From assembly GCA_963665115.1 (NCBI GenBank), contig OY762007.1, positions 6,528,001 to 6,592,000 of the forward strand: a stretch of DNA of 64,000 nucleotides. The letters are read 5' to 3'. The translations under genes were made by a program, and so were the position numbers. Shown piece after piece: positions 62,782-64,000 of this stretch. Within the stretch, counting starts at the first letter, position 1, and the number at the start of each line of letters is the position of its first letter. The stretch is from an uncultured Rivularia sp. (GTDB taxonomy: Bacteria; Cyanobacteriota; Cyanobacteriia; Cyanobacteriales; Nostocaceae). The notes beneath the pieces are model-generated. The model made no database searches, was not told the origin of the DNA, and worked only from the letters and a program-made list of their open reading frames with translations.

Positions 62782-62904
62782 GCTACCTTTGCGAGAAATT
62801 GCCTCGGTAACGAACAACAAGCTCTCTAATAATGTAGTTTTTCCGCTTAAATAAGGACCGACAATCGCAATCGAATGCAAACCCGTTCTAACTTTTAGGG
62901 TCAT
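62782..62904 (-). pseudogene. N-terminal remnant (41 codons) of the EF-G paralog
   Basis: AAGGAGG RBS, then MTLKVRTGLHSIAIVGPYLSGKTTLLESLLFVTEAISRKGS; stop at 62761 lies inside foreign sequence. Confidence 0.8.
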
Positions 62905-63240
62905 AACAACCTCCTTATGCGGCATATCTGGATCGGCACCGCACTGTAATGATTATCCTGCACTTAATTAGATCCACTTAGTCTTGTAAAGCGCGAATAC
63001 AAGAATCGCATTATCTTTTAAAATTTATTTAACGAAATATAAAAAAAAGATAACATTTACATATAAAATTAAATTCTTATAAATCACTCTTGTTGCAGCA
63101 ATTGGAAGCGTCGATGGATTTTAGATTCTAGATTGACCATTTACGCGACAGTTTAATAGTTGAAAAGGTCTTGTTTTAAACCAGAATCTAAAATTTAATA
63201 TTGGTTCGGACAAATAAAAGCGTTATTGAGGAGAAAATCC

Positions 63241-64000
63241 ATGAACGAGTTAGTTTGTAAGTATCGACTGAGTGCGTTCTTTAGTGCAATCTTGCTGAGT
63301 ATGACGATTGCTCCTGTCAAAGCCAATGAAGCTTATGAGTTTAAGTTTGACCCAGTTCCGCAAAAACTGGCACAGTACGCTCGTAACAGCGCTACAACTT
63401 ATTTAAATCAGGGCTTGCAGTTGGTTCAGTCGGGAAGTCCGCAACAGGCGATCGCCGCTTTTAATCAAGCAATTCAGCTAGACCCATCTTTGGCACCAGC
63501 ATATTACAATTTAGGATTGGCGTTAAGACAGGTAGGACAGTTGCAACCGGCTGCGGATGCTTTTTATCGAGCCACTCAAGTCGATCCTAAGTTTGCTTTA
63601 GCTTATGCAAATTTGGGTGGTGCTTTGTTAGAAGGGAATAATTTGACTCAAGCTGAAAATTATTTACAGCGTGCTATAGAATTAGATTCAAAATTGGGAT
63701 TTGCTTACTACAATATTGGTTTATTGTATCAGCAAAAAGAAGACTGTAGGAAAGCGATCAAATCTTTTACAAAAGCGATGAAATATAGCAACAAAGCACC
63801 AGAACCTGCTTATCAAATTGGGTTATGCTATATGCAGGAACGCAAGCTTAAAAGAGCCAAAAATGCTTTTAGAGATGCGGTAAGAATTAATCCCAAATAT
63901 CCCGAAGCCCACTACAATCTTGGTTCGATTTTGTATACTCAAGGTAAGCACGAACAGGCTTTAGAAGCATTTAGAAAAGCCGCCCAAGCTAACCCCGATT
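63241..64000 (+). CDS. TPR-repeat protein with signal peptide (runs off the window end)
   Basis: GAGGAG RBS; repeats such as AYYNLGLAL, AYANLGGAL and AHYNLGSIL; open to 64000. Confidence 0.9.
   Translation, partial: MNELVCKYRLSAFFSAILLSMTIAPVKANEAYEFKFDPVPQKLAQYARNSATTYLNQGLQLVQSGSPQQAIAAFNQAIQLDPSLAPAYYNLGLALRQVGQLQPAADAFYRATQVDPKFALAYANLGGALLEGNNLTQAENYLQRAIELDSKLGFAYYNIGLLYQQKEDCRKAIKSFTKAMKYSNKAPEPAYQIGLCYMQERKLKRAKNAFRDAVRINPKYPEAHYNLGSILYTQGKHEQALEAFRKAAQANPD

Noticed and set aside
61982..62894. 10-bp direct repeat GTTCTAACTT at 61982 and 62885 as a target-site duplication
   Set aside because: The second copy is about 100 bp from the junction at 62781, inside the EF-G remnant; likely chance

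Overview
Chromosomal window from a cyanobacterium, most likely a heterocyst-forming Nostocales member (inferred from psbI/psbN/psbH, many HIP1 GCGATCGC octamers and heptamer STRR tracts). Bases 1-14.2 kb hold the scytonemin sunscreen cluster (scyA-F plus eboA, minus strand) with its divergent PAS histidine kinase and AraC-type response regulator. The rest is mostly housekeeping genes (psbI, psbN/psbH, tatA, pth, rpsU, rsmI, cysQ, furC, ispD, scpB, ispG, proteases) interspersed with accessory DNA. At least eight genes, including ispD, are split by frameshifts in short homopolymer runs, which looks like sequencing error. The most notable observations are: (1) ScyD lacks a signal peptide, the Cys pair and the PEP-CTERM tail; (2) several GTAG-initiated REP-like palindrome families occur intergenically, inside stacked MITE-like units, around a whole gene, and in frame inside proteins, where they are tandemly amplified; (3) an AT-rich array of small membrane-protein paralogs has divergent bodies but a 69/70-bp identical 3' end; (4) an EF-G paralog has been gutted by a transposon relic, leaving a transposase-HTH/EF-G domain V chimera; (5) there is a two-gene D-glutamate-cyclase-like pair. 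No tRNA, rRNA or CRISPR array was seen. All family assignments are by motif recognition, not database search.
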